A stretch of 64,000 nt of DNA from a virus. The stretch covers positions 1-64,000 of IMG/VR virus record IMGVR_UViG_3300037483_000742, one strand, 5' to 3'. How positions within the stretch are numbered: position 1 is the first letter of the stretch; the number at the start of each line of letters is the position of its first letter. Below the pieces are notes generated by a model. That model was not told where the DNA came from, made no database searches, and was given only the letters and a program-made list of their open reading frames with translations. Positions 54,857 to 64,000 of the stretch are shown piece after piece. The translations under genes were made by a program, and so were the position numbers.

Positions 54857-55101
54857 AAATCTTACAGTTAGAGTGTTTCCAATTGAAAAATATTGGTACA
54901 AATATTCTATTGTTTGAAAGCTTATAGAGTATGCTGCACACAAATCTGGGAAGGCAGCACTAAGCTATTCCAGGACCACTGAGCATTGTTTTGACATCAT
55001 TTAACTGGACTTTATACTTTTAAATGTTGTAGAATGGCTGACGAGATTCAGAAACAATGTGGATAGAAGGGATAAACAAGGCTTTATAAGTTTTTTGAAA
55101 T

Positions 55102-55311
55102 ATGGAAGCAAAAATAAAAGGAGAATGGACTTCTTACAATTATGCAATTGATTGTAGTCATACAGCTTTAGAAATAGTCAAACAAGGACTGAAAGAAGAA
55201 GGATATGAAGTACAATATTTAGGAAAATCCAAAGCAATTAAAATTGGTGGAGAAGTACAACAACTCAAAAAGAGAAGTTTATTCTTCAACATTCATAAAC
55301 CTGAAATTTAA
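55102..55311 (+). CDS. Hypothetical protein
   Basis: 69-aa ORF. Confidence 0.55.
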   Translation: MEAKIKGEWTSYNYAIDCSHTALEIVKQGLKEEGYEVQYLGKSKAIKIGGEVQQLKKRSLFFNIHKPEI

Positions 55312-55315
55312 TTTT

Positions 55316-55492
55316 ATGTCAAAACCAGAAGTAAGAGCAGTATTTCCGTACATAATATTGCTTTTAGCAATGTCCACAGTATCTTTTTTGTTTGGAGTTT
55401 TCTATCAAAATAGTAAAGAAACAAACCACAAAATACAAATCATTCATCAAGATAGCATACCAAACTTTGAAGAAGAGTTTCAAAACTTTTAG
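55316..55492 (+). CDS. Small single-pass membrane protein
   Basis: Start at MSKPEVR; hydrophobic helix. Confidence 0.5.
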   Translation: MSKPEVRAVFPYIILLLAMSTVSFLFGVFYQNSKETNHKIQIIHQDSIPNFEEEFQNF

Positions 55493-55513
55493 ATGTGGAT
55501 GGTCTAAATAGGT

Positions 55514-55556
55514 AGAGCCTTGATTCTGTTTTAGGACAGGATCAAGGTTCTTTTTT
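55514..55556 (+). terminator. Intrinsic terminator
   Basis: AGAGCCTTGATTCTGTT..GACAGGATCAAGGTTCT followed by a T-run. Confidence 0.7.
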
Positions 55557-55590
55557 ACATCCAATTATTAATCACTAAAAATCATCCACT

Positions 55591-55998
55591 ATGAAAAATT
55601 TATTTTTAATTATGATACTTTTAGTAGTATCAATTGTACAAGGACAAGAGACTTTAAACAGACCTTATCATACAACTTCAGAAATCTATAAACCTAATTC
55701 AGAAGGTGAATATGTATTTCATAAAGTAGAAGCAAATGTAGGAGCTTTAAGATTTGTTATCAATGATAGTCTTCTTATTAGAAAACTATCTGATGCTGAT
55801 GGTAATCTTATTGAAACTACAATCTATGATGTGATTAGCATTGAAGAAGTTGTAGGTAAGAGAACTTATAAACTCATGTATAATAATGAGATTTATTATT
55901 TTGAAGTCTATGATGAAAACTACAATGAAATATTGTGGAAACTTCCATCAGATATTGTAAAAATCATTTCAGGAGATATAGTTATTGATATTGACTAA
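55591..55998 (+). CDS. Exported protein with signal peptide
   Basis: MKNLFLIMILLVVSIVQG|Q, a Bacteroidota-type SPI signal with +1 Gln. Confidence 0.65.
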   Translation: MKNLFLIMILLVVSIVQGQETLNRPYHTTSEIYKPNSEGEYVFHKVEANVGALRFVINDSLLIRKLSDADGNLIETTIYDVISIEEVVGKRTYKLMYNNEIYYFEVYDENYNEILWKLPSDIVKIISGDIVIDID

Positions 55999-56212
55999 TT
56001 CTTCTGTTATGGAAAAATTAAAATTTGTAAAGATTACCACAACTAGAACTGAAGTTCATTATGAAACCTGTGGTAATATGTTATGCGAGTATTGCGAATA
56101 CCACCAACAAACTTTAGGAACATTATTTATATCTGGCTACCAACAAAAAATGATTGGACCTTATCAAGCTATTGTTCCTATTGGAAAAAGAATGTATACT
56201 AATTTAAACTAA
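55985..56212 (+). CDS. Small Cys-containing hypothetical protein
   Basis: CGNMLCEYC; start may be MEKLKF. Confidence 0.45.
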   Translation: MILTNSSVMEKLKFVKITTTRTEVHYETCGNMLCEYCEYHQQTLGTLFISGYQQKMIGPYQAIVPIGKRMYTNLN

Positions 56213-56308
56213 TCAAAATGAGCCAAGAAAGAAAAAGATTCTTAGCACATGTTGAAATTAACATGGCATTGAATCAAATTAAAAACAACGTTTTCAATTT
56301 TTAAAACT

Positions 56309-56683
56309 ATGAGAAAAGCAATTTTTATGTTAACTTTGCTAGTATTAACTACAGCATGTAACAAAGAGAAAATCAATATGAAAGAATACAACGGTGATCC
56401 AGTAAGTGTAATTTTTGACTGTCCTGAAATTGATGGAAGTTTGAAAATTGAAATGACTGTGGAGTACAAAGATGTCCAGGGAGGAACAAGTGATGTAACT
56501 CTTACAACTGTTTCTGGAAGTTCATTTGCAACCAATGCAGATGTTAAGAAGATTGTAATTGATCTTACTGCTACAGGTACAGCAAAAGTATCACATAGAG
56601 TCAACATAAACGGAGTAGATGAAGAAACAAGTCCTCTTATTACTGTCAGTAATTCTTCTGCACAGTTTATTTACACTTTCTAG
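56309..56683 (+). CDS. Lipoprotein
   Basis: MRKAIFMLTLLVLTTA|C lipobox followed by NKEK. Confidence 0.7.
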   Translation: MRKAIFMLTLLVLTTACNKEKINMKEYNGDPVSVIFDCPEIDGSLKIEMTVEYKDVQGGTSDVTLTTVSGSSFATNADVKKIVIDLTATGTAKVSHRVNINGVDEETSPLITVSNSSAQFIYTF

Positions 56684-57134
56684 TTGCAAAAAATCACAGA
56701 CTACAATATTTGTCATAGGCAGTGAAAAATCTGCCTATGACACTATTTATTTAGATACAGCTACAACCTATAATGCTGTATCAAGTCAGTGTGACAGTAC
56801 TCCATTAAATACAGCAGATGGTTCTTTAATAAATTTATGGAAACTCAAAAACAAAGAAATTAGATGGGTAGCGTTAAGCAGAGATTTAATTTATTGTGAG
56901 TTAAGACAAACTTTATTTAAAGATACAAATCATTGGAGAGGACCATTTAGATTTGGAGACACTATAAATGTTTCTAGTAAATTGCGTCCTGATTTTAATG
57001 GTAAGTGGGTAGTACATGATTGTAAAGCTGCAAAGTATCGAAATCATATAGACTTTCTATTTGATCCTCAAAACAACAAACCTAAATTAGGTATAGGTAA
57101 AGATTTCATAATAACATATTCAAATGACAACTAA
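56619..57134 (+). CDS. 3D-domain (MltA-like) lipoprotein
   Basis: LSS|C lipobox; ATTYNA..QCDSTPLNTADG, WVALSRDL, FGDTI, VHD and HIDFL motifs. Confidence 0.7.
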   Translation: MKKQVLLLLSVILLHSLFTLSSCKKSQTTIFVIGSEKSAYDTIYLDTATTYNAVSSQCDSTPLNTADGSLINLWKLKNKEIRWVALSRDLIYCELRQTLFKDTNHWRGPFRFGDTINVSSKLRPDFNGKWVVHDCKAAKYRNHIDFLFDPQNNKPKLGIGKDFIITYSNDN

Positions 57135-57489
57135 GAAAGAAGAAAAGAAAACTCCTAAGAAAAAACCAGGAGTTAAAAAGATTAAAGTAGAAGAAAAAGA
57201 AGCTAAAGTAAAAATTCCTAAACCAAAACATCAAGGTGCTGTTCTTATGACAGATATTGAAGTTGCTGAACATAGGATGATGAAAAGTAAGTTTCCTTCT
57301 TATCCAAGTTTTCCAAGAGTTATGAATGGAGATCATTACAACTTAAAGAAAGCTAGTTATAATGATGGTCTTTTAGCTTCTGTTTTAAGAGGTTTCAGAA
57401 AAAGAGTTTCTAATTGGAAAAATGCTAATATTCAATTAATGGTTGAAACAATTGGCAACATGTTAGAAGAAAAATATTCAAAAGCATAG
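57124..57489 (+). CDS. Basic hypothetical protein
   Basis: Lys-rich N-terminus. Confidence 0.55.
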   Translation: MTTKKEEKKTPKKKPGVKKIKVEEKEAKVKIPKPKHQGAVLMTDIEVAEHRMMKSKFPSYPSFPRVMNGDHYNLKKASYNDGLLASVLRGFRKRVSNWKNANIQLMVETIGNMLEEKYSKA

Positions 57490-57564
57490 GTAGCTGTACA
57501 CTGCCTTTAGAACTAAAGTACAAAACTTTCCAACCAATATATCACAATTCAAATTTTTAAGATT

Positions 57565-58197
57565 ATGACTACAAAACAAGATTCAATCCGTAAAGAGACA
57601 GCTAAATCTCCACTTTCAGTATCAAGAGTATACAAAGGAGATTTCCAGAAATCTGGAACTTTGACTGCTGAGATCAAACAGACTGTGGAAACTATCAGCC
57701 ATTATCCTGCACAAGTTGTTGTAGACAGCTTGCAAGATAACATCTTCTCAACTAAAGACTTCAAATTTGAAGAAAAAAAATTTGAGAATAAAGAAGTACG
57801 TGTAGCCTGGATTGATGTTCCAGAAGGTTTGAATGAAGAACAAGTACGTGAAAAACTTGCTTCTTTTAAAGCTGCAAACCTGTACCGTATTTTGTCTAAC
57901 AGACCAATTTTGTCTGACAGACAACAACATGCAATTGATAATCCAGAATTACCACAAGTAACTATGGACACTTTTGCAAATGCACAAGCAGTAAGATACC
58001 CTGAAAATCATCCAAATGCAGGAGCTTTAGCTCTTGACAAAAATGGTAAAATCCAGTACAGAGGTATTTTCTTTGCTTCACAAGGTTCTGAAGATAAAGA
58101 TATGAGAACAGCAGACCTTGCTGATTTCTACGCTTCAGAAGCTCTTACAGCAGAATTGACAGGTTCTGCTCATGTAGTAGGAGGTCAACAAATCTAA
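57565..58197 (+). CDS. Hypothetical protein, probably highly expressed
   Basis: 210 aa with its own terminator, upstream of the helicase. Confidence 0.6.
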   Translation: MTTKQDSIRKETAKSPLSVSRVYKGDFQKSGTLTAEIKQTVETISHYPAQVVVDSLQDNIFSTKDFKFEEKKFENKEVRVAWIDVPEGLNEEQVREKLASFKAANLYRILSNRPILSDRQQHAIDNPELPQVTMDTFANAQAVRYPENHPNAGALALDKNGKIQYRGIFFASQGSEDKDMRTADLADFYASEALTAELTGSAHVVGGQQI

Positions 58198-58204
58198 TCA
58201 TATT

Positions 58205-58240
58205 ACAGGATGTTCAAATTCTTTGGACATCCTGTTTTTT
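58205..58240 (+). terminator. Intrinsic terminator
   Basis: ACAGGATGTTCAAA-ttc-TTTGGACATCCTGTTTTTT. Confidence 0.75.
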
Positions 58241-58275
58241 ATTTTCTATCTTTTTCAACCTTAAATAAAAAATTT

Positions 58276-59568
58276 ATGTTAACACCACATCAACAAGATG
58301 TTCACCAGCAGTCTTTGAATATATTACAAGAATCAGATAGATTATTAATCAAAGGTTCAGCAGGAGTAGGAAAAACCTTTTTAGTAAATGAATTAATTAA
58401 CCATCTGCCTCCAGGAAGAGTTATTTGTTCTGCTCCTACCAACAAAGCTGTTAGAGTTTTAATGGAAAAAGTTCCTTCTAAAAGAGCAGAATTTGCTACT
58501 ACACATTCTGCTTTAAAATTGAAAAGAAAAATACATCCTAAAACAGGAGTAATATCTTTTGTGCCTGAATACAGGGATGATGATCCACCTTTAAGAGGAG
58601 TAAGTTATATGGTTATTGATGAAGCATCAATGCTAAATACTGAGCTTCTAAAATATCTTGAAGAACATGCAGCAGGTGATCCATTTAAGAAAGCAGTTAA
58701 ATTGATTTTTATTGGTGATCCTAAACAATTACCACCAGTAAAAGAAAAGGTATCACCTGTTTTTACAGCTAATTATCCTACAGTAGAGCTGACTGAAATT
58801 ATCAGACAAAAAGGAGGAAATCCAGTTATTGATTTAAGTAGAGATATTTATCCTAAACTGAGAGCAAAGCAAGATAGTTATAATCCAGAAAGTATGGAAG
58901 GCTATCTTTTTTCAAATGATCTACCAAAAATTATTGCTACTCTAGCAAGTGTTAATGGAACTGATGAAGTCAAATATTTAGCCTGGACAAATAAAGAAGT
59001 AGATGAAATCAATAAGAGAGTAAGAAATACAATTTATGGTACTCCTGCAAAAGTTGAATTAGGAGAAACACTTGTATTTAATGCTCCTTATGGAGATAAA
59101 TATTTTACCAATGAAGAAGTAGTTGTCAAAGAAATTCAATTAGGAGAAGTAAAAGTTTATCATACATTTGCTACTAGTGGTTTTGGAGCTGGAGATAGTC
59201 AGACAATTATGTTGAAGGTTTACAGAATTAATCCAGGAGATTATACTCTAAGTGCAATTCATCCTTCAGGTATTCTTGTAATTCATGAAGATTCTCAGGA
59301 GATATATGACAACATCATAAAAGATTTTGCAAAACAATGCACTCTTAGAACTCTTTATTGGAAAGATTATTATCAATTCATGGAACAGTTTGCAGATATG
59401 AAATACAATCATGCAATCACAGTACATAAAAGTCAAGGTAGTAGTTATGAAAAAACTATTGTCAATGTTGCAAATATCTCTTTAAACAGAGATATAGAAG
59501 AAAAACAAAAGATGTTATATACAGCTATAACAAGAACCTCTAACCTTTTAATTTTATACAATGCCTAA
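58276..59568 (+). CDS. Dda/RecD-like SF1B DNA helicase
   Basis: GSAGVGKT, APTNKA, IDEASM, GDPKQLPPV, HAITVHKSQGS and YTAITR; the track start at 58210 lies in a terminator, so 58276 is preferred. Confidence 0.92.
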   Translation: MLTPHQQDVHQQSLNILQESDRLLIKGSAGVGKTFLVNELINHLPPGRVICSAPTNKAVRVLMEKVPSKRAEFATTHSALKLKRKIHPKTGVISFVPEYRDDDPPLRGVSYMVIDEASMLNTELLKYLEEHAAGDPFKKAVKLIFIGDPKQLPPVKEKVSPVFTANYPTVELTEIIRQKGGNPVIDLSRDIYPKLRAKQDSYNPESMEGYLFSNDLPKIIATLASVNGTDEVKYLAWTNKEVDEINKRVRNTIYGTPAKVELGETLVFNAPYGDKYFTNEEVVVKEIQLGEVKVYHTFATSGFGAGDSQTIMLKVYRINPGDYTLSAIHPSGILVIHEDSQEIYDNIIKDFAKQCTLRTLYWKDYYQFMEQFADMKYNHAITVHKSQGSSYEKTIVNVANISLNRDIEEKQKMLYTAITRTSNLLILYNA

Positions 59569-59866
59569 CAACACTATTAAAAACCAAAAACCCTTTGAAG
59601 TAGAGGTAGTTGTTCACGATATTTCAGAGTTAATCACCATTGAAAGGAAAGATAACAGAGACATGAAGAAAATCATGGTTACTCTAGAAACTACAGATGG
59701 TCAAGTACTATTTGCAGAATTAAGAAATAACAAAATTGATTTGATGAATAAAGTAAAATTAGCTGTAAAGGATAAAGTTACTGTGTCTTTCACTTTTCAA
59801 GGTTCTCAAAAAAAGGACAAAAAATACAACAACATTTACATTGTAGACATTAAAAAGCAAAAATAA
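59561..59866 (+). CDS. DUF3127-like OB-fold protein
   Basis: FAELRNNKIDL..DKVTVSFTFQG..KYNNI. Confidence 0.65.
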   Translation: MPNNTIKNQKPFEVEVVVHDISELITIERKDNRDMKKIMVTLETTDGQVLFAELRNNKIDLMNKVKLAVKDKVTVSFTFQGSQKKDKKYNNIYIVDIKKQK

Positions 59867-60231
59867 TGAACGTTATATTAAGTCCAAAAGAAAAAGAAAG
59901 ATTTCAAGCCATGTCTGAGCCAGAAAAACAAATTTTCATGCAAGATAAAGCAGACAAATTGGAGAAACTATCAATAAAAACAGCAGTATTGACTATGTTG
60001 TTGGTAGAATCTTTAGATGAAATTGAAATGTACAATTTGTTCAGACACAAATTAAAGAAGACTAGTAAGATGTACAAATCAGAACTAGAATCTTATATGA
60101 ATGAATTATTCAAAACTGACACACTTACTGACAATGAAGAACGTAGAGTAAACACATCAGATTTTATAATGCATTCATCTAAAGCTGTAGATGAAGAAGT
60201 TGAAAAAGTATTAACCCTTTTAATGCAATAA
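59866..60231 (+). CDS. Hypothetical helical protein
   Basis: 121-aa ORF coupled to neighbours. Confidence 0.55.
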   Translation: MNVILSPKEKERFQAMSEPEKQIFMQDKADKLEKLSIKTAVLTMLLVESLDEIEMYNLFRHKLKKTSKMYKSELESYMNELFKTDTLTDNEERRVNTSDFIMHSSKAVDEEVEKVLTLLMQ

Positions 60232-60235
60232 AATT

Positions 60236-60634
60236 ATGGAAGGAAAAGAATATCAAGAAAAAGCTTTAAGAACAGAATCAAATGATTTTGAAGCTATTAG
60301 ACAAAGATTACATGATGAAAAAACTATCAGGTTATTGCATGTAGGAATTGGAATGGCAACAGAAGCTGCTGAAATTTTAGATGCTTTGAAGAAACATATC
60401 TTCTATGGAAAACCTTTAGATGAAGTAAATATTTCTGAAGAGATTGGAGATAGTCAATGGTATGCTGCAATTGGAGCTGATGCTTTAGGTACAACATTAC
60501 CTAATATCCAGGAAACTAATATCAATAAATTGATAGCAAGATACCCTGCAAAATTCACAGAAGAAAAAGCTGAAAACAGAGATTTAGCTCAAGAAAGAAA
60601 AGTTCTTGAAGAAGGGAAGAAAAATGAAAGTTAA
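60236..60634 (+). CDS. MazG-like NTP pyrophosphohydrolase
   Basis: YQEKALRT, GMATEAAEILDALKK, EEIGDSQWY and NINKLIARYP. Confidence 0.88.
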   Translation: MEGKEYQEKALRTESNDFEAIRQRLHDEKTIRLLHVGIGMATEAAEILDALKKHIFYGKPLDEVNISEEIGDSQWYAAIGADALGTTLPNIQETNINKLIARYPAKFTEEKAENRDLAQERKVLEEGKKNES

Positions 60635-60824
60635 GAAAATTTTTATCAGTATAATTGATGGATTAATGTCAGTTTTAGTAGTAATTGCTTTATTAATAGT
60701 AGCTACTTACATTTCTCTTAAAATAAAACACGAATTTGAACTGCAACCAATTGAAAACCTTATTTTAAATATAGGTTTAGGGTTTGTTGTTTACAGGATG
60801 CATAAATTATTGAATAAATCTTAA
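60606..60824 (+). CDS. Small membrane protein
   Basis: Two hydrophobic segments; start likely MKVKK. Confidence 0.5.
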   Translation: MKKGRKMKVKKIFISIIDGLMSVLVVIALLIVATYISLKIKHEFELQPIENLILNIGLGFVVYRMHKLLNKS

Positions 60825-60834
60825 AAGATTAGTT

Positions 60835-62736
60835 ATGAAGTACACAGTATTCGATTTAGAGAGTGATGGTTTATTAGATATAGTAACAAAGATACATTGT
60901 CTGAGTTACAGAATTTTTGATAGTAAACAGTTACTATATTCTGGTACTATAACTGATTATGAAGAAATGAAGAAATTTATTATGGCTCAAGAAATTCTTG
61001 TGGGCCATAATATAATTCTTTATGATGTTCCTGTGATCAGAAAGATACTTCATATAGACCCCCTGGCTGAATTAATTGACTCTTTGGGATTGTCCTGGTA
61101 CTTATCCCCAATTAAAGGCTTTAAGCATGGTTTAGAAGCTTGGGGAGAAAGGTTTGGTATTCCTAAACCAGTTATTAAGGATTGGAATAATCTGACTATT
61201 CAGGAATATATTCATAGATGTGAAGAGGATGTTAAGATAAATTCTAGACTTATCCATGAAACTTTAGACTACATGATGGAAATCTATGGAGATTTTGATC
61301 AAGTTAAGAGAGCAATAGCTTACAATAGATTTAAATTGGAATGTTTGAAAGAGCAACAAGAAAATGGTATAACTTTAGATCAAAGACTTGCAGAAGAAAG
61401 CAGAATGAATTTAGAGTTTGAAATTGAAGAGAAAGTTTCAAAACTCTCTAAAATGATGCCAGCTATTGAAGATAAAAAAGCTCCTAAAAAAATGTACAAG
61501 AAAGATGGAACTTTATCTGCACATGGAGAAAAATGGAAAGTTTACACTGAATCAAAAGGTCTTACTGTTGAAGCTGAGAAAACATATTTGCCAGGAAATC
61601 CTGGCTCTAATGATCAACTTAAAAATTGGTTGTTTTCTTATGGCTGGAAACCTCAAACTTTCAAAGTATCAAAAGCTACAAAGAAAAGATTAGCACAAGT
61701 TTCTCTTCCTTTTGGAGGGGGTTTATGCCCAAGTGTAATTGAATTAATTGAACAACATCCTGAATTGAAAGAGTTAGAAGGCTTCTTTGTTGCAAGACAT
61801 AGAGCAGGTCTTTTTAAATCATTCTTAGAAAATATGGATGATAAAGGTTTGATTTATTCTACAGCACAAGGATTTACTAATACTTACAGAATGCAGCATT
61901 CTAAGCCAATTGCTAATTTGCCAGGAGTAGATAAATTCTATGGTAAAGAAGTGAGAGGTTGTATTGCAGTTCCTGATGAAAGTTATGAGATGGTTGGAAG
62001 TGATATTTCTGGATTGGAGGATAATACTAAACAACATTACATGTATTTCTACGATCCTGACTATGTTAATGAAATGAGAATCCCAGGATTTGATCCTCAC
62101 ATAGATATTGCTGTTTTTGCTGGTCTAATGACAGAAGAACAAGCTAGTAGGTTCAAAGAATTAAATGCTAAAGTAGAAAATGAAGAAACTTTAACTCCTG
62201 AAGAAAAAACAGAATTTAAAGCACTCAAATTAATCAGAGGAAATGCAAAGGTAGTAAACTTCTCAGGAGTATATGGAGCAGGACCACCTAAGATGGCAGA
62301 GACTTTGAAGAGTGATTTAGCATTTGCAGAAAAACTACATACTGCTTACTGGAAAAGAAATTCCTCAGTGAAAAAAGTAGCTAAGAATTGTAAAGTTGCT
62401 AAAGTTAGAAATCAAGCTTGGTTATACAATCCTGTTTCTGGTCTTTGGATGTTTCTAAAAGAAGATAAAGATAGATTTAGTACTTTGAATCAGAGTACTG
62501 GAGTTTATGTTTTTGACACTTGGATGAAATATGTTAGAAGAAGATTGAATCCAATGGGAATTAAAATTCTACTACAATATCATGATGAACTTTTGATACA
62601 GTACAAAAAGGAATTTAAAACTGTAGTAGCTATGCATTTAAAAGAAGCTATGATTGAAGCTAATGAAGAACTTCAATTGAATGTGAAAATAGAAATTAGT
62701 AGCAACTTTGGTAAAAATTATGCAGAATGCCATTAG
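60835..62736 (+). CDS. Family A DNA polymerase with 3'-5' exonuclease
   Basis: FDLESDGL, GHNIILYD, RCEEDV; motif A GSDISGLE, motif B KVVNFSGVYG, motif C QYHDE. Confidence 0.95.
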   Translation: MKYTVFDLESDGLLDIVTKIHCLSYRIFDSKQLLYSGTITDYEEMKKFIMAQEILVGHNIILYDVPVIRKILHIDPLAELIDSLGLSWYLSPIKGFKHGLEAWGERFGIPKPVIKDWNNLTIQEYIHRCEEDVKINSRLIHETLDYMMEIYGDFDQVKRAIAYNRFKLECLKEQQENGITLDQRLAEESRMNLEFEIEEKVSKLSKMMPAIEDKKAPKKMYKKDGTLSAHGEKWKVYTESKGLTVEAEKTYLPGNPGSNDQLKNWLFSYGWKPQTFKVSKATKKRLAQVSLPFGGGLCPSVIELIEQHPELKELEGFFVARHRAGLFKSFLENMDDKGLIYSTAQGFTNTYRMQHSKPIANLPGVDKFYGKEVRGCIAVPDESYEMVGSDISGLEDNTKQHYMYFYDPDYVNEMRIPGFDPHIDIAVFAGLMTEEQASRFKELNAKVENEETLTPEEKTEFKALKLIRGNAKVVNFSGVYGAGPPKMAETLKSDLAFAEKLHTAYWKRNSSVKKVAKNCKVAKVRNQAWLYNPVSGLWMFLKEDKDRFSTLNQSTGVYVFDTWMKYVRRRLNPMGIKILLQYHDELLIQYKKEFKTVVAMHLKEAMIEANEELQLNVKIEISSNFGKNYAECH

Positions 62737-62963
62737 ACAACTTCTTTACAGAAATTGCTGCAATAGCAGCTCCAGTAGGTCATACTATTCCTGACCTTAA
62801 TGAAATATATGATAGATTCTTAGATCAAGGTAAGATTCCTCATGTATTACTAAATGAAGGAAATGAACTTTTTGATTCTATGTATAAAACAAAACCTCAA
62901 GGAATTGTGTTATATCATGTATTAATAGTATTAGTATATAACCCTGAAAATTTTAAGTCATGA
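62727..62963 (+). CDS. Hypothetical protein
   Basis: 78 aa, overlaps both neighbours. Confidence 0.5.
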   Translation: MPLDNFFTEIAAIAAPVGHTIPDLNEIYDRFLDQGKIPHVLLNEGNELFDSMYKTKPQGIVLYHVLIVLVYNPENFKS

Positions 62964-64000
62964 CAAATGCAGAGAAATCCCAATTACAAAAAGAAGTGTT
63001 AGATTTTCTTCCACCTCAACCTTCAGGTAGATTATTATTAGCTCCAAGAATAGGTAAAACTAAAATTGGAATTGATTTGATCAAAAGAGAAGAGCCAAAT
63101 TCTATTCTATGGGTTACACCTTCTGCTGAGTTAGCTACAGTGGATATTCCTGAAGAATTTGAAAAATGGGGAGCAAAAAAATACCTCAACAAATTGACTA
63201 CTGTAACTTGGAAAAGTTTAGATACTATTACAGGAACTTATAATATGATCATCTTAGATGAAGATCAACATGCAACTCCTAATAATGTTGTGAACTTATT
63301 CAACAAAAGTTTAGTTGGACATACTATTATCAGTATGACAGGTACAGCTTCAAAAGACAGATTGAAAAATCAAATATTTACTCTTTTAAAACTGGAAGTT
63401 ATTTATGAATTGAGTTTAGGACAAGCAGTAGATTTAGGTTTACTTGCCAATTACAAGATCAATGTTATAACTACCAGAATGAGTACCACCAGAAATTTAA
63501 CAGCAGGTACTAAGGAGAAGCCATTTTTGACCTCAGAAGTTTCTAACTATGAGTATTTGACTAAAGCTGTTGATAAAGCTACTGGTAAAAACAAACAATT
63601 TAAGATACTTAATAGAATGAGAGCAATAAAAAATTCTCCTGCAAAACTTGCAGTTGCTCAACAGCTACTAGGTATTTTAGGAGGAAGAAGATTGATATTT
63701 TCTGCAACTATTGAACAGTCAAAAAAGTTATCTCAATTCACTTATAACAGTAAAACAGATAATAAAGATTTGATATTGTTTAAGGAAGGAAAAATTAACA
63801 GTCTTGCTCTAGTTAATAGTGGTGGAACAGGATTTACTTACAAAGCAATAGATCATTTAGTTGTAGTGCAAGGAGATTCTGATAATAATGGATTGACATC
63901 TCAAAAAATCGCCAGGACATTGTTAGATCAGCCTGATTACAAAGCTACAATTTGGATGATTTGTTTATTAGGAACACAAGATGTGAAATGGATAGAATCT
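62960..64000 (+). CDS. SF2 helicase, truncated by the window end (not in ORF track)
   Basis: ATG 62960, MTNAEKSQLQKEVL; LAPRIGKT, ILWVTPS, IILDEDQH and MTGT motifs. Confidence 0.85.
   Translation, partial: MTNAEKSQLQKEVLDFLPPQPSGRLLLAPRIGKTKIGIDLIKREEPNSILWVTPSAELATVDIPEEFEKWGAKKYLNKLTTVTWKSLDTITGTYNMIILDEDQHATPNNVVNLFNKSLVGHTIISMTGTASKDRLKNQIFTLLKLEVIYELSLGQAVDLGLLANYKINVITTRMSTTRNLTAGTKEKPFLTSEVSNYEYLTKAVDKATGKNKQFKILNRMRAIKNSPAKLAVAQQLLGILGGRRLIFSATIEQSKKLSQFTYNSKTDNKDLILFKEGKINSLALVNSGGTGFTYKAIDHLVVVQGDSDNNGLTSQKIARTLLDQPDYKATIWMICLLGTQDVKWIES

Noticed and set aside
54932-54982. Cobalamin riboswitch
   Set aside because: Only a GGGAAGGC word is present; the AGGGAA core, T-loop and B12 box are missing
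54984-55059. Type III hammerhead suggested by CATTG..CTGACGA..GAAACAATG
   Set aside because: Stem II cannot form and stem I does not pair next to the core
29320-62736. Introns or inteins in MCP, portal, TerL, helicase or polymerase
   Set aside because: All are uninterrupted and of ordinary length, with no homing endonuclease or intein motifs seen
1-64000. Stop-codon reassignment (TAG or TGA), known in some crAss-like phages
   Set aside because: Long genes are intact in the standard code, TAG and TGA end genes at sensible places, and none of the three tRNAs is a suppressor

Overview
A 64-kb, AT-rich segment of a crAss-like (Crassvirales-type) podophage that most likely infects a Bacteroidota host. 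It uses the standard genetic code and has two divergent arms. The minus strand (41105 down to 1) carries the virion module: small regulatory/HU-like genes, a putative L,D-transpeptidase-like lysin, terminase, portal, scaffold, major capsid, ring/hub/fibre proteins, muzzle, two cargo proteins, and a >2398-aa probable virion RNA polymerase protein that runs off the window and is missing from the ORF track. The plus strand (41605 onward) carries small early genes, three tRNAs (Arg-UCU, Asn-GUU, Gln-UUG), QueD-like, HAD, SEC-C, YfaP-like, methyltransferase-like and lipoprotein genes, then a Dda-like helicase, DUF3127, MazG, family A DNA polymerase and an SF2 helicase. The most notable observations are: (1) a small gene encoding a diverged copy of a major-capsid segment, near one encoding an isolated terminase-like Walker A, which are possible decoys; (2) about nine different long-stem, often multi-branched non-coding elements between early genes; (3) a stand-alone promoter-RNA-terminator unit at the divergence point; (4) a repeated GCAAWACCCCCWC motif ahead of the first early units. 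All protein calls come from motif and synteny recognition, and all RNA structures were paired by eye. No database search or folding program was run.
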